A stretch of 64,000 nt of DNA from Bugula neritina (lineage: Eukaryota; Animalia; Bryozoa), in contig OZ037765.1 in NCBI GenBank assembly GCA_964035545.1, positions 13,278,698 through 13,342,697 of the forward strand, given 5' to 3'. The notes beneath the pieces are model-generated. The model saw only the letters and a program-made list of their open reading frames with translations. It made no database searches and had not been told where the DNA came from. The position numbers were made by a program, and so were the translations under genes. This document shows positions 52,101 through 64,000 of this stretch, piece by piece. The stretch's first letter is position 1, and every line of letters starts with the position of its first letter.

Positions 52101-55100
52101 AGGCCATCAATTCACCGTCCATCATGTCGATGAAAGCTCTCAGTGATCTCTAGGCATTTGTGATGATGATTTTTAGTAATCAGTGAGTAAAATCAGGTTA
52201 GAGTTTTGATCTTGCTTCAGAGATGGGCACAAAGTTTATTTTTGTTCTTTTCTTCACATAATTTTTTTTTCTGAATTGCATAATACTGTTGACTGGGCAT
52301 AGTTGAAATAGATAGTCAATGGATCTGGCTATATTTTGCCTGCCTTACATATACATTATTCTATCACAACTCTAATAAAGGAAACAGTTTTAAATTGATA
52401 TTCTTTTATCCTTTTTAATATAAAAAGTCAATTTAAGAATCATTTTTGTGTTTTGTGCCCATTTCTGAGAACTGTAAACATCAAAAAACCAATAGCCTAC
52501 ACCCTATGGCAGTAGATTGAACATTTGAAGGTCCAACATTTTTGCCCATCTGAACTTGCGGTGTTTTCTCACTTGGTTTTTTTATAAATCATAATTATTC
52601 AAGTTGGGTGAAATACACTTTACCACACACCTATTCACAGTACGTTTTTACCAGGTAGTATACCATGAATCATGTGATAACGATTTTTGCTTTACAATAT
52701 TTATTCGAAGTACAAATGCTTACATTTATTAGTCTTAAAACTTATATTTAAATACTTACTTAGTATAGTCCATATTTTATACAAGGTTATGAACTGTGTA
52801 AGCTGTACCAAGCAGAACAGTAGTTCTTTTCTATAGAAATCTTTCATGACGTTAGTTTTCTCCAAAATGTTATAGAATCTGTCTTCTTTTTCAATACAAA
52901 AGCATGAAGTTCTCAATTTTTCTTTTCAATAATTGAGATCACGTAGCGTATAGTGATCTCCATCATGTGCTTTTTAAAAATTTTGGCTTTGAAAATTTCA
53001 AATAATGCTCAGAATTATCTATAACAGTACTCTACCACTCACTTATAGTCACTTAGGCTATATAGCGTGGTAATATTAAATATTAATGGAGTTGGAGGTA
53101 TTTTCATTTGAAGCTGCACTGACTTGAACTCTGAAAAAGAAGACAGTTTGAATATATTTTGGAGAATGAAGTTTATTTGAAGTTGTCTGATAATGTGCTG
53201 CATTCTATATTTCATGGTTATATTGTCTTTTATGCAAATTATTGATAATAAAGCTTCTATTGCAGGTCAAACTTTAATAAAATATATTTATATGACATAT
53301 AAGACATAACTTATTCAATATAGGGTGTTCTGTCGGAAGAAAATCTCATTGCATTAGTGAATGATTTCCAGATAACTCTGCAAGCCCCTCTTGCATTTCA
53401 TAGTTATCGATAGTATTTCAAGTTGTCCTCTTGTATGGCCTCATTTATAAGATCATAATCTGCTGGTAATGCATGACGCCTGATGTCTTTCTGCTGCTTC
53501 AATACACTAAACTCCACTTTCTTAGGTGAGAAATGTAGACACCAGTTGGAGAGATACCAGGAAGTTGCTGAAAAAAGATGCACGCTGGGATTTGTGTGAC
53601 CTGATAGATCGGGACGATAAGGAGAAGCTATATGATGAGCATATAGAAGTGCTGACTAAACGCAACAAGGAGATGTTCCATTCCTTGCTAGACTCCTGTT
53701 CAGAGGTAGCATATTACTCTGGTGTAGTGGCAGCCATTGCAAATAGATTTATAATTAGTTTATTATAGTTAACAATGAAAGATTTATGACACAATAGACA
53801 GTAATTGTGTGTAACGTTGGCTGCAATTTTTATATGGTAAAATACATCACTGCAGGAAAAAAAATTGAAAGTTTGCAAATTTATAAATTAGCAGCTGCTG
53901 AAAATACTTGAGTGTGTAAATTTAATAGTAGCTCAAATTTGTCACAGTTTAGGGACTGATATGCATTAATACACAATTCTGTGCCCCTCAATCAAAAAAC
54001 ATTTGATGAAGTTTTCAACACTTTTATAGAACTTGCAATTTAATAAACAAATCCATAAAACCTTCTGAAACAAAAAGCACAAATGACAGATTACATACTT
54101 TTTAATCACACCAACGTTTATTTAATCATAATTATCAAAGGAGTTTGGTTCACATGGGACAGGGTTGAAGGTGGTTGTGTTCGCCAACGTTATAGATCAG
54201 CATAATATCCCAGATTACTATAAACAACCATTGCAGTTACCATAGTTACACCCATATATACTCATATTGGTTCCTTTTAGTGTATAATTTCTTTGCAGGT
54301 AAGCGTACTCAAATAACATGTAAATTACAGTCTGAATTTCTGATAACACACATCCCTCAGCATCGTTTTTTAACTTGTTGAGTTCTAGGTAGTCTATAGT
54401 CTGTGTATTGACTGCATATTATTTATTTTGGTTTTATTTGTTTGCATTTTAATGTTGAAATACAATCTTCTTAAGAAAAATTATTCTTTAGGTTACACTA
54501 ACCTCAACATGGAAGGAGATCCGAAAACTCATTAAAGATGATCCTAAGTTTACCAAATTCTCTTCTAGTGACAGGGTGAGTTAATTTTCACTATGTTTAA
54601 AGACATATATGACACATCTGTGTCTGTTTTAAAGGTTTATTGAAGATTCTACATGCGTTGTTAAATTTATTCTTAAACAAAAATATCTATGAGAACATTA
54701 TTGACAAAGGCCACAGTGCATTAGACTGTAGCTAGTTGAGGACAGAAGTCGTGTGAAAGATCTTCTGCCAAAGGACATTTTTATGTATCACAAAATAACT
54801 TGAAACTCACTGGTTCTGCCCAATATAGTGTTTTGAAAACTATAAAGTATTAATTTTTTGATGCAGGAAGACAAAAAGTGTTCAACAGGGCTATTATTGA
54901 CTACTATTTAACGTTACATAATCTATGCATGAGGCATTTGCCCTCCTATTTTGTGAAATTATGTATTCTGGTGCAAATATTTTTATGCTATCAACAGGTT
55001 TAGTTAATTTAAAGCTGTCTAAGTGACAGGAGACCCTTGAGATTGTGTCATAGTAGTTCTGTGGGTTAAAGTACTCAGTCATAAAATTGTCTTGATAAAT

Positions 55101-55754
55101 GCTTCTTGGCTTCACCAATGTTTTTGATGGCAATTCGTATGCTTCGTGCCAGCATTTCCAGCTCAGTACTTTCAGCAGATCTGATATGTTGGGTGTAATT
55201 GACTCAAGACTGAAGTTGCTGTGACAGAATATGTGTTTTAGAAACGAGAGAGAGAGTTTGAAGACTTCATCCGTGAAAAGTATGTGCAGGCTAAAGCTGA
55301 TTTCCGAGCGTTGCTTAAGGAGACTAAGTTGATAGATCACACAGCTCGAAAGAAACTCTCTGATAACCCTGATTATATGAAAGAGATAGAAAAGCTGTTG
55401 GAGGTCAGTGTAAATGATCACATGGTACATGTGTAGTTCTAACATTAGATGTGCTCCATCAGATGTGTTTATTTGTTTGTGGATAATAGTGGATCAGTGC
55501 CTCTTTGAAATGAGTCTCCTCTTTTGTTAGTTAAATTCTAGCTTCTGTAGTACAACTCCTCATTTATTTAATTTTTGGTTGAAACTGTGTTGGTTATTCA
55601 AATCAACCTCATGTTACAGAATGATAAGAGATATCTCCTTCTTGAGTGTGTCAGTGAAGAAAGAGAAAAAATCTTGCTCTCTCATCTGGAAGAGGTAGAA
55701 AAGAAAGGTCAACCGCCACCTCCTACAGCCACAGAACCTGGTCGTAGAAAGTAA
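43193..55754 (+). CDS. TCERG1: Transcription elongation regulator 1 (CA150): Pro-rich region, 3 WW domains, FF repeats
   Basis: 18 coding exons: 43193-43398, 45219-45384, 45753-45906, 45986-46120, 46207-46410, 46566-~46892, 47120-47277, 47559-47764, 47970-48103, 48274-48430, 48781-48989, 49123-49273, 50346-50516, 50783-50977, 53526-53705, 54492-54575, 55242-55403, 55620-55754. Motifs [37 protein letters not shown] and C-terminal [15 protein letters not shown]. Confidence 0.96.
44031..44473. mobile_element. MITE family B, best-preserved copy, in TCERG1 intron 1
   Basis: TIRs tagggccacacgacacattttacacgtt / aacgtgtaaaatgcgtcgtgtggcccta. Confidence 0.88.
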
Positions 55755-55986
55755 TGTGCTGCATGAGAGCCCAGAACTCTGTAATATTTGAACAGTTTGC
55801 TATATAATCATGTATATAAAACGTGTCTCCGTACCTTGTTTGTGATGACTTTAACTTGTAAGGTTTTCAGCAAGTGCAATGTTTCCAATTTACTCGAAAA
55901 CTGGAAAATTATTGAATATTTTATTGTCTTGTGTTGTATAATATGGTTTATTATTTCAGTAATAATTTGTAAATAATTCCTGCAGC

Positions 55987-55992
55987 AATAAA
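55987..55992 (+). terminator. Candidate polyadenylation signal of TCERG1
   Basis: AATAAA about 230 nt after the stop codon. Confidence 0.55.
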
Positions 55993-56179
55993 GTATAATT
56001 ATTCAACATCTTCCATTTGGTTGCATTTTGATAAAACTTGCAAAGTGGGAAAAAGTAGGCATAATCCAGCATAATAATTAATCTTAAGGAAGAGTTTCCT
56101 GTATCCTCATTGTTACTAGCTTGTATTTAATAAATTGTGTTTTATCACTAAACATGATGCTATAGTCATTGTTGAACAG

Positions 56180-59100
56180 ACCGTCAAAGCTTACCCAATT
56201 ATTTCAAACAATATGGCAGTGCAGCACTACTTCATTGACTAATGCAGGCCGAATGAAGACCTTGAAGGAATCGATTTCTGATAATTTCATCAGACGTGTG
56301 TCCGGAATATTCCAAAATCGAGCTACACTCAGTTCACCTCACACTGCTAGATCTAAAGTTTCTGAGTCATCTCGACTGATAGTACCAGTTGTTACTCCAA
56401 GAAAGCGTTATAAAACTTTTAATGCTGAACTCAAGTCTAATTGTTCCCAATCACGGCTGTCAATTAATGAAGTGCAACCCAAAGTCACTGCTGCTATTTA
56501 CTTGCTTCATGCGGTTTCTCTAGTCATAAGTGAGCAAATTTTAGTTGCTTCTACTCTAGTTTAACTATCACTATGTGTGTATTACTCAAGTCTGGCACAG
56601 ATTATGTTCACAACCTATTCCATCACAATGTTGTTGGAACTTGTCATTGTCATAGAGGTCAATGATCTAGCTGGTAGATTTCAGGCAAGTTACTTAACAC
56701 GTTACAGTAAAAAATTTTAAATGTACAAATAATGTTTCAAATGAGCTTGGTTGTAGTGAAAAAATGCTTTAAGGAATAGGCAGCATCTGTGCCAGACGAT
56801 GAACGTCAAACTTTTTGGTAATTAAAATGATTATATAATTAGGTTCAAAATAGATAAGGCCATGTGGCACATATTTGGCTTAATTGTAACACAAGCAAGT
56901 TTTCACCAATGAATCCGTAAGTTTAATATAAATAGTTTAGTTGTAGTTCAATATATATGTATATGTTATATCCAATCTGTTACTCACAGAACAGACAACT
57001 CCATGAGTAGAGTATCCATTTTCTAGTCTCCTCTGATCCATTCGTCTTGAGCAGAATATTTAAGCCAACCAATGACTTGAATCTTAGAGCAAACGATAAT
57101 TTTTATTCTAGACCTAAAACAGTCTGCCTATGTTAGAGATAATATATAACATTATGTATCATTTTGTATAGTAAGTAATGCATGCTTATCTCAAAATAAG
57201 TAAAAATCATGCAGTCTTTGACCATGTAGAGTGAGATTTTAGTCTCTGCAATATGCATTTATTGTAGAACTGATGGTGCACAATTATTGAGTTTCTACAG
57301 CCAACTTTTTAGCCCATTGAAGCATAATTTTCTCTTAGAAGAAATAAAGATCGTAGTAGTGGTTTACAGAATAATTAACCTAATTGCATATAATTTGTTG
57401 CTAATTGAAAAAAATAGACAAGTTACCTTTGCATATGCAATCATTAATAAAGTCATGTTGAAAAGTATCTCTAAAACATGCTGATAAGTTCACTTTAAGA
57501 AATATGCATCATAGGCTTTGCCATTGTATCTGGGTATAGAAGCAGTAATATAGAAAAATAAAACAAATCAAATACTTTGCTAAGCTTATTTTAAATATAT
57601 AGTATAATAATATTTTCACCTACATACACAGAAATTGAAAATTATTGGCAGAAATTGTTTTGTATTGACAGAATTCTTTATGGAGCTTCTTGTGGTTTTA
57701 TACAACAAGATTTTCACTGTGGAGCGCACTTATGCATTGCCAAAGTTATTGAAAGTACCCACAAACCACACTACCCCTCATTCACACTCACTAACAGCAG
57801 ACAGCAATGAGCTTTTGAGGCCACACATGCAAACTGATATCAGTGTTGCAACACAAACACTTTGGAACTACATGAAACTTGATCAGCCACTAAGAAAAGT
57901 AAATGTTTAATCAAAATATGTTATCAGCAATATTATCAGCATTGGTGACTTGAATAAAACCATCATGATCATTGTTATCATAAAATTTGGTGATAACAAG
58001 TTTTTAAATGAGCATCATGCTGTACTAGGTTGCTCGCATAGAAATTTTGTTAATTAAGACATACTTGTATTTTAATTTCAATTTGACTAAAATCATGATT
58101 TTATTGCAAATTTAGAGTGATATTGTGTTGGTCTTGGGGAACTATGATGTGCGAACAATGGAATATGCCTGTAAGCTTTGGGTAGAGGGATGGTCAGAAT
58201 ATGTTATGTACACCTGTGTAATAGAGTCCAGTAAGTGCACATGGCTGTGGTTTTTATTTGCTAATTAATAATTTGAAGCTAATTTTGTGCTCATTTAGAA
58301 CTATATAAATTGTATGTTGGTTTTACTTTACATGAGTTGTATACAAGTCTGTGTGCTAAACACTGCTTATACGGCTGCAGTCTTTGTAATATAGAAGTTC
58401 TAAAGTCATAATAAACATGCAAATCTCGTTGACCTTGATAGAAAAAGCATTTAGGAACAATATAGTGGAGAAATTGAGATAGCCCAAATTCTTTAATTTT
58501 ATTATTGAATTTTGGTTTGGAGTGTGGGTTGAAATTCTTGCGAGAACATAACTGCTTATGCCACATTTCTGATTTAGAACACAGGCTTTTCTCAATTTCT
58601 CCATTACTGCACCTACCTCAGAAAAAACTTGTTTACAATTGCTTTTGCAAGTGCAGTTTTTTATTCAAATAGTGTAAGACAGCAATAGTAAAGTTTGGCT
58701 GATCTAAAGTTCCAGGGTTGTCATTATGTAACTTTTACAGCTTAGGACTTATGTCTACTAATAAACAACCATTATGAGCTGTTGTGAATTGTCAGCCACT
58801 TGCCATATGCTTGATCTAATAAGCAACAAGAGCCTTAATTCATGCCAAATGTGAATAACTGTATATTGTAGAAAATGAAAGAAGAAAACAAGCAAAGCAG
58901 TTTGAGGCAATAGCAGAAATGATGAACATACCGATGGAAAATGTAATTTTGGAAATTTCATCTTCAAACATAATGGAGTGTATATCAAACAGCTACAAGA
59001 TGCTCAAACGGATTGAAGTTAATGTTCAGTCAGTGATACTTGTACACTTACCATTTATGGAAAGACTTGCCTTGCTCACATTTTTAGAAACTTGGCCAGG

Positions 59101-60503
59101 TATGCATCTGCATCTTCCTGTCATTTTGAAAACTCTGAATATATTGCAACATAGTAGAAAGGGCACTATTAGCCATATAAGATAGTGCATGTCAACAGCT
59201 GCAAACGACATAATACAAAGCTATGGTGTGGCTACAGTTCTGTCTTACTAGAAAATATATTTCTCTATAGTGGGTGCTAACTGCAAGCTAATTCATAACA
59301 AATATGTTTTACTTTTCATAATTTAAGGAGTTCTTTTTAGTTATTATTTCATAAAAATTCAATATTTCAAAATAACTTTACTTGATGAAAGTATAATAGT
59401 TGTAACACTGCATGAGCCAGTATAGCGAATTGGAGAAATGTTTTTAACAAAAGGCCTAATTTGCCTTTAACATAAGTTAAGTGTAAACTTGAATAACATT
59501 TATATTAGAAACCCTTAAGCTAAGTAAAAACTTGCCTTTCTATACACTATTACTATAGCACTAGCAATTATAGGGTTCATGGGGTGGAAATAGTGTTCTC
59601 CATTATTAAAACATCATTAATTCGGTTCTTGGAACAACTTTTGTCCCCAAGATCAGTTTCTCACATGCACAATCTTATTTTTATCCATTTCTGTAAACCC
59701 ATAATAATCTAGATATTATATAAATACAATCAAGGTTCCCTAATTTCCAAAACTTTGTACAAAACTTCTAACATGATGCACAGTAACTGCTCAGGATTGG
59801 CATAAGTAAAGCAGTTCATAAAATCTGTGTTATTCAATAGAGCATGGTATAGAAGTATCTGTTTGCTCACCACCCATTACATTGCTCAACTTCCCAAACA
59901 AAATAGTAGGCAGTATGGAGCAAGTAACCAATGAGATAGCTGAGACTGTAGAGTTTATACTGAGATATGGCATGAGGCTGGGATACTCTGTACCAGGTGT
60001 GTTAGGATGTCATTACCTATTGTCAGCTAGTCTCATCACAATACTTTAGTTATACTTGATATTTCAACTCTAATATTATGTTCAGTAAATGAAATTGAGG
60101 TATTTGATTAATCTCATGCAAATATTTATAAGCATGTAATATGCACATTTAAGATTTATATCCGGCTATAATATGCTATTTATTATTATATGGCTATGAT
60201 TGACAATTTCGATTATTTGGATTCAAATTTATTTTTAAAATTACAGATGAAGTAGTGAAAGCATTTAAAATCTTAAAACCACAGTCTGCTAGGAAGTTGC
60301 TATTGCACAGCACAGCTTTACCAGAAGAAATGGAACAGCCAGTGACAAAATCACTGAATATGCATATTAAAAGTGTTGGAAATCCAACTAAACTAAGTGT
60401 CAGCAAAACAAGGTCAAAAAAGCCCACTAAAACAATAAATAAATATAAAGATAGTACAACAAGTCTAAGGTCTGAATTTTCAAAACTTATGGTCACAAAA
60501 TAA
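56180..60503 (+). other. Possible uncharacterised gene (exon-like open frames, model not closed)
   Basis: Open frames follow AG acceptors at about 56180, 58871 (NERRKQAKQFEAIAEMM..) and 60247 (EVVKAFKIL..VTK*). No homology recognised. Confidence 0.3.
58448..58619 (-). repeat. Dispersed repeat family A, inverted
   Basis: Collinear with 19426-19606; ends ttactgcacctacctc. Confidence 0.85.
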
Positions 60504-60651
60504 TACATCAAACTATTAAAAATATAAAATGGCTATTTTTGATGATCAAGGGTTATTTAAAAAAGATTAAATTATTTAAAAGCAAATTTATTTAATAAAT
60601 AACTAAAATTTTAAGGAAATATGATTGACAAAAAATATGAACTTCACAATC

Positions 60652-63600
60652 TTACTTTAGCACACTATTTATAAACTTTATGTACAGCTGACTAACAGCA
60701 CTGCTGTCCTCCCATTGTGGATAGTGTCCTATGGATTCTTCTAGAACATCTATTGATCCATTTGGAACCATCTCCCTGAAAATATCATTTAAATATCTGA
60801 CTCACAAAAATATCCAAAATTCATGCCCATCAATGTAGCATTAACACTAATAAAACTACAAAGATGACGCTTAACTTCAATTACATGGATCCTAAAAATG
60901 CTTGAACAATTAATTTTAGTCATAAGTGCGTCAAGTTTATTGCAGAAAATCATGCACATTGGTATGAATGTAAAAGTTTTATGTGGCACAATCGCTGTGG
61001 TAAATATCAAGTGAGCGAATTATTTGAACTATAAATATGTATTTTTGTTGAATTGCCGTCCTTGCTACACAATAAGCACCATATTAAATACTATTTTGAC
61101 GCAAAAATGTCTTATGTGTTCTTTTTCAATATATATCTACCTGCCGGGAACATATAAAAGAATGATATAAATGTTTACCTGTAGAAGTCAATAAATGGAG
61201 GAGGGTTAACTGGGTCTGATGGGCCATAAATAACGTGAACAGGGACTTGGCTCTGTGCCAAGGCATGTCTCCATCTTAAATTATAAGTACTCCGTTCTTT
61301 GATGTACTGTAGAAGATCTGCTGAGTTTAAATACCCTTGTCTGATACAATAGCTACACCAGAAGTCATACATATCTGCTTTTGTTGGCTGAGTTTTAGCA
61401 CCAAATACTTGAGACAACCTGTGATAACAACAGTACAACTATACCAAGTGTAGATATAATATTATAATTACATCAATTAAGAGTGAAAAGCACTGGCAAG
61501 TTAAAAACACATCAGAGAAAGTGAGGCCCATGTTGACAATGGTGACTGAGCTATTCTTTAAAATAAATATGTAGTATTCATACAGAAACATTATAATTTT
61601 ACAGAAGATTTTAATAACATGTCTTCTTGGAAGTGCTAACACAGAAATGTCTCAAAGTTTTGCCTAAAATAATTAAAACAACAAAACATATCATTGAAAA
61701 AGGAAATTCATTAAAAATAATTGAGCTACAGGTCCACTTGAAACATGGGGATCTTCCTCACCATAAAGAAATTGCGTTTAACTCATACTAAGGATTATTG
61801 CTCAAGTCTCGAGAATTCTAGTTTTGTTATAATTTATACTTAAACAACTAAAGTTGCTATAGCTCACCCAAATGAATAAAGGTATCTATTAGAGATTTTC
61901 GATAGCATCCGGCCAATCGTAGGAGAGTCTCCCAGAAGTTTTTGAATAGGTCTTGGAAAATTAGTTTCCTTAAACATGCCTGACAGAAAATAAAAAGCAT
62001 TTTTATTGCTTACAAACGTCCTGATGCTACATTAGTTAATATGAAGTTTATAGTAGTGGTAATAGTAATTATATTACTACACTTTATCATACTGGTATAT
62101 TGGAAGACTAACAACGCACTCACCCCCATTTAGTAAACAAGCAGATTCTATCTGAAACAAAGAAACACCTTCATTTTGCCTAAAAGAAAATCAAACAAAC
62201 TCAATGTATGAGCAACAACAAAGATGATCTAGAATTAGAAAAATAATTTAAGTAAGTGAATGCTGAGAGTATATTCTATAGGAAGAGAAAAGGATGCAAG
62301 AAGACATAGGCACTTAGCATTCAGCTTAAAACTTATTATTGGGACTACATATTGTTCACTATCAACAGGTAACTTCAAAGACTAAATTTAAAAGTTCCGA
62401 TTTCAAATTTAAAATTAAACTAATTTGAAACTTTTCAGGAAATATAAGCCAAACCGCGAAAATTTCTATTAGATTATCAAAAACATGCTTAGCCCAAGTC
62501 CCTCAGGATGACCATATTAACATGAATTTTCTTTATGTACAAGAAATCATTAACTACAAAAAATTGACCTACAACATTTAACCCAACCTGGCCAGCAGCT
62601 CCTGGGCAATCGAATCGCCATAGTCATGTGAGAGAATGTGCACATTTTTCACGCCTATTGCTTTTAGAAGAGTTGAAACATGGTCAGCCTGATTCATTAT
62701 AGTATAGTTGGCTCCAATCTGACAGGTTACACAAATTTTATTAGTGAAAACAAAATGGCAGCTGACATCACTTATTTATTAATTTTTTTGGTGTAATTTT
62801 ATAAGTTTTAAAAGTAACTATTCAATAAAACGCTGAAATATTTTTAGGAATACAAACGCTAGAGACCACCTTTTACTTCAAAATTAAATACATGCCAGAA
62901 AAACTTTTCAATCAACAGATTGACTGCCAAATTTTTACCCACTCACATTTTTACCACTGTTATTAAGACTATTGCCAATAGCCAATATCACAATTGCTGT
63001 CACATTTTGGTATCTATGATTACTATCAATACAATATTGTAATTATTTAGAGCCATTGATAGATAATAACATATCTGCAAGGTTAAAGATCAACAGGGAA
63101 AAGACTAACCTAGATGGCATTACTGATTGATTTAAAACCAACAGCACTACAGTTTCTCTATATGTTATTATTGATCTAGCAACTTATAGTCTATTGCAGC
63201 ACTGGATGCTGCAAACATACATTATACCAACCGTCTTATCACTGAATCCAAACCCAAGAAAGTCCACAGCAATCACTCTACTAAAACTCTGTGTTAATAT
63301 TGGCCACATCTGAAATTATTGGACACAGAACAAGTCATATATAAACGAAAACTTTATTACATATTAATAAATTACAACATGAAATAAGCGTTCTTAATTA
63401 TATAACTTTTGTTTATTTTATTCAACTTATAATATCCTATCACCACTGGCTATTGTAACCTATAAGACAAAATAAGGCAAGTTGTGAAGATAAATGGTTT
63501 GAAAAATCACCAAGAGCAATTAAATCCCACAGTAGGTGCCTTAAACGTTAAAACTCAATTAATGTTAACTTCCCATACAAGAATAAAGGCATTGTTCAGA

Positions 63601-63942
63601 ACAAATGTGTAGTAGGTTGTAATTAAGAAGTTGACAAACTATAGTAAGTTATAGCAAGTATTGCATTTAAAAAAGGACTGAATTGAGGAGCTCACTGCTT
63701 CCAAAGAGATTTCACTAGTTATAAATAATAGATTCAGAGAGTGAGCTGTTCAAGTGGATTCAACATTCAAACCCAGAATTGCTTTTCAGTCTAGTTAGGG
63801 GAAGCTAAAATGATCAGAATAAATATTTAAAATCATTGAAATATACTGATAATCACCTTAACCCAATCATAACTGGTAGTTGGGAAACCATGTAACAGCA
63901 ACACAGTTGCAGTTGAAAATACTTTACCTTCACCATTTACAT
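60652..63942 (-). CDS. MEST: Mesoderm-specific transcript homolog (alpha/beta hydrolase); the 5' end lies further right
   Basis: Exons 63942-63857, 63309-63232, 62718-62588, 62179-62124, 61979-61868, 61418-61179 and 60775-60652. Motifs [69 protein letters not shown]. Confidence 0.95.
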
Positions 63943-64000
63943 CTACAAAATAGCAAAATCTAAATGAGTTTATAATACAGCACTTACTTGCTGAAGCATA

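Noticed and set aside
54894-55445. 183-aa minus-strand ORF
   Set aside because: It is antisense to a TCERG1 exon and intron and has no recognisable motif.
63988-64000. Next MEST exon at the window edge
   Set aside because: A donor-like site exists, but the intron would be only 45 nt and 13 nt of sequence is too little to verify.

Overview
AT-rich animal genomic DNA with spliceosomal GT-AG introns, probably from a marine invertebrate (the species cannot be fixed from sequence alone). Host genes assembled by hand from splice sites: the 5' half of a divergent insulin/IGF receptor (- strand, 1-4208), an orphan 3-exon gene (15287-18048), a MIEAP/SPATA18-like gene (19102-29902), PITHD1 (37554-41626), TCERG1 (43193-55754), a possible uncharacterised gene (56-60.5 kb) and the 3' part of MEST (- strand, 60652-63942). 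The most notable feature is a Penelope-like retroelement (RT plus C-terminal GIY-YIG, CxCx5C linker, Hydra-clade-like) inserted in (TA)n at 9832-12883. It has ~870-bp inverted arms, each carrying a minimal type I hammerhead ribozyme. The left ribozyme has an intact core and lies in a candidate intron, while the right one has a mutated core. Other mobile DNA includes tRNA-like SINE heads, a CR1/L2-like LINE interrupted by a Gypsy LTR remnant, an internally deleted mariner, a 1.7-kb foldback/MULE-like element and several MITEs. The receptor lacks several canonical insulin-contact residues in its L1 domain.
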